Positions 61,781 through 64,000 of a DNA stretch of 64,000 bases are shown one piece after another (position 1 is the stretch's first letter; every line of letters starts with the position of its first letter). The stretch covers positions 992,001 to 1,056,000 of the forward strand of contig NW_027251257.1 in assembly GCF_044704955.1 (NCBI RefSeq), written 5' to 3'. The position numbers and the translations under genes were made by a program. The notes beneath the pieces were generated by a model. That model did no database searches. It was not told the origin of the DNA and worked only from the letters and a program-made list of their open reading frames with translations. This DNA comes from Pristiophorus japonicus (taxonomy: Eukaryota).

Positions 61781-64000
61781 TGTATTACTGTATGCACACA
61801 ACCTAGGTGCACACCTTGACCACAAGTGGTGAACTTGTGGGAGACACTCCTTATCTGATCTCCCAGGTATATAAATGGAGGTCTCATATACGGTCATCAC
61901 TTGTGGAGTGCTGTGAATAAAGAGTCGAGGTCACAGCGTGACCTAGTCCCCAGAATGTGCCTCGTGTGGTTTCATGCTGTAGAGTAAGGACTTTACATTG
62001 GTGACGAGAAAAGGGAATTCATGACCCAAGAGAATGGCCACTGGTAGTGCAGAGGAAAGGTACTGTGTTGGGGAGGACTGGGACGATTTTGTCAAGAGGC
62101 TTCAGCAAAGCTTCATTATGAAACAATGGCTGGGGGATGCAGCGGCCTATAAGCGAAAGGCTCATCTCTTGACCAGCTGCGGACCAAAGACTTACACCCT
62201 CATGAAGGACTTACTTGCACCCGAAAAGCTATTGGACAAAATCTTTGAAGAACTTACAAAACTGGTCGGGGAGCACCTCACACCAGCGAGTAGCATACAC
62301 ATGGCCCGACACAGATTCTACACCCACCGACGTCGTGAAGGACAGAGCATACCGGATTTCGTAGCGGACCTCTGGTGTTTGGCCAGCCTCTGTAAGATCA
62401 CAGACGCCTGCAGGGGGAAGATGCTAAGGAACTTCTTTATCGAGGGCATCGATCATGTGGGAATTTTCTGCAAATTAATTGAGAGCAAGGATTTGACCTT
62501 GGAAGCGGCGGCGTTGTTAGCTGAAACTTTCATGGCGGGGGAGGAAGAGACGAAAATAATATACGCGCACAATTCTGCCTCTAGCGCGGCGATGGGTCAG
62601 GGAGTCAACATCATCAATGCGACTCAGAGCCCCGCAGGCAGGCAGGGGCAGTCCGACATTCCCCAGGCAACAACAGACCCCAGAGTAGGACTCCAACAGA
62701 GACAATGGCAGGCTGAACGGACATTCACATCATCACAATGGACAATGCGGTCCGAGATGGGGTCATTGACACCCTCTAATAGGGTACTTAAGAGCAGTCA
62801 AAGGGACAGTCACCGCGGAATTCCTTGCCATAGTCGCTTTGATCCCAACAATGGAAACTTTAACTCATGCTGGAGGTGTGAAGGAAAACACTCAGCCAGA
62901 TCTTGCAGATTTCAATAGTTTGTCTGCGGAAATTGCAATCTCAGTGGCCATTTAGCTCGAATGTGCAGGAAGCCTGCAACCAGACTAATATATGAGGCAC
63001 ATGGACCAGAAGAGGGTCCTTTGAGGCAGGATGACTTTTGGGGCAAATCGATGGACGCTGAGGTTCAGCGGGTCCATGCAGCGAACAGTTCATACACCAA
63101 AATGCCACCAATGATGATGAGAGTTATATTAAACGGCATCCCAGTACACATGGAGCTGGACACTGGGGCCAGCCAGTCACTCATAGGCGTTCAGCAATTT
63201 GAGAAGCTATCGCCACTTAAAGCCAGTAGACCCAAATTAGCACATATTGAGACACAATTACGGACTTTCACTAAAGAAATCATTCCGGTGCTAGGCAGTG
63301 CAATGTTGGCTGTCATACACAACGGGTTAGTGAATCGGCTGCTGCTCTGGATTGTACCAGGTAATGGTCCCGCGCTGTTGGGGAGGAGCTGGTTAGCCGA
63401 GATGAACTGGAAATGGGAGGATGTTCACACAATGTCATCTGTGGAGCGAAGTTCGTGCTCACAAGTCCTACAACAATTGGATTAACTATTCCAACCTGCG
63501 TCGGGACTTTCAAAGGCACTAAAGTAGTGATACACATCACCCCGGACGCCAGGTCAGTGCACCACAAAGCCAGAGCGGTGCCGTTTGTGACGCGGGAAAA
63601 GATCGAGAGCGAATTGGAAAGGCTGTTGAGAGAGGGCATCATCTCGCCTGTTGAATTCAGCAACTGGGCGAGCCCCATCGTTCCCGTCCTAAAAGCGGAT
63701 GGCTCTGTCAAGATTTGTGGCGACTACAAGGCCACCATTAATCGGGTGTCCCTGCAAGATCAATACCCGCTCCCGAGAGTGGAGTACCTTTTCACCACGC
63801 TGGCAGGCGTCAAGCTGTTCACCAAGTTGGACCTCACCTCAGCCTATATAACCCAGGAACTGGCCGACGAATCTAAACTACTGACCACCATCACCACGCA
63901 CAAGGGACTGTTCGTTTATAACAGGTGCCCGTTTAGCATGTGACTAGCAGCCGCGATTTTTCAAAGAAACATGGAAAGCGTGCTTAAATCCATTCCTGGA
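61781..64000 (+). mobile_element. Ty3/Gypsy LTR retrotransposon (5' LTR about 61781/61789-61997, PBS, gag, protease, RT start)
   Basis: TGTA...TACA LTR with TATATAAA and AATAAA; PBS TGGTGACGAG at 61999; gag 62034.. with zinc knuckles (one stop); protease LDTGAS; RT WASPIVPV...GDYK...KLDL; runs off the window. Confidence 0.92.

Overview
Vertebrate genomic DNA, almost certainly a cartilaginous fish (shark-type IgM exons, shark-type CR1/SINE repeats); it contains no prokaryotic features. The core is a complete + strand IgM heavy-chain mini-cluster (leader 19781, VH 19949-20251, JH 20678-20730, Cmu1-4 with secretory tail 28435-33597, TM1/TM2 35891-36165) with two unusual properties. First, there is no separate D segment: a 23-RSS VH directly faces a 12-RSS J (probably a germline-prejoined DJ). 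Second, TM1 carries an in-frame stop while the secretory route is fully intact. Immediately downstream and on the same strand lie a class A GPCR pseudogene and four TCR alpha/delta-type V pseudogenes. One of these V genes has an intronless leader, and several carry oriented CTCF-like motifs, so the IgM cluster appears to sit in or at the edge of a TCR alpha/delta V array. The rest is repeats: many CR1 LINEs (one full length), five tandem Tx1-like 3' ends separated by an identical 13-bp target repeat, RTE, Penelope, Harbinger-like MITEs, a Gypsy LTR element and several minisatellites. All family assignments are by eye from recognised motifs; no searches were run.
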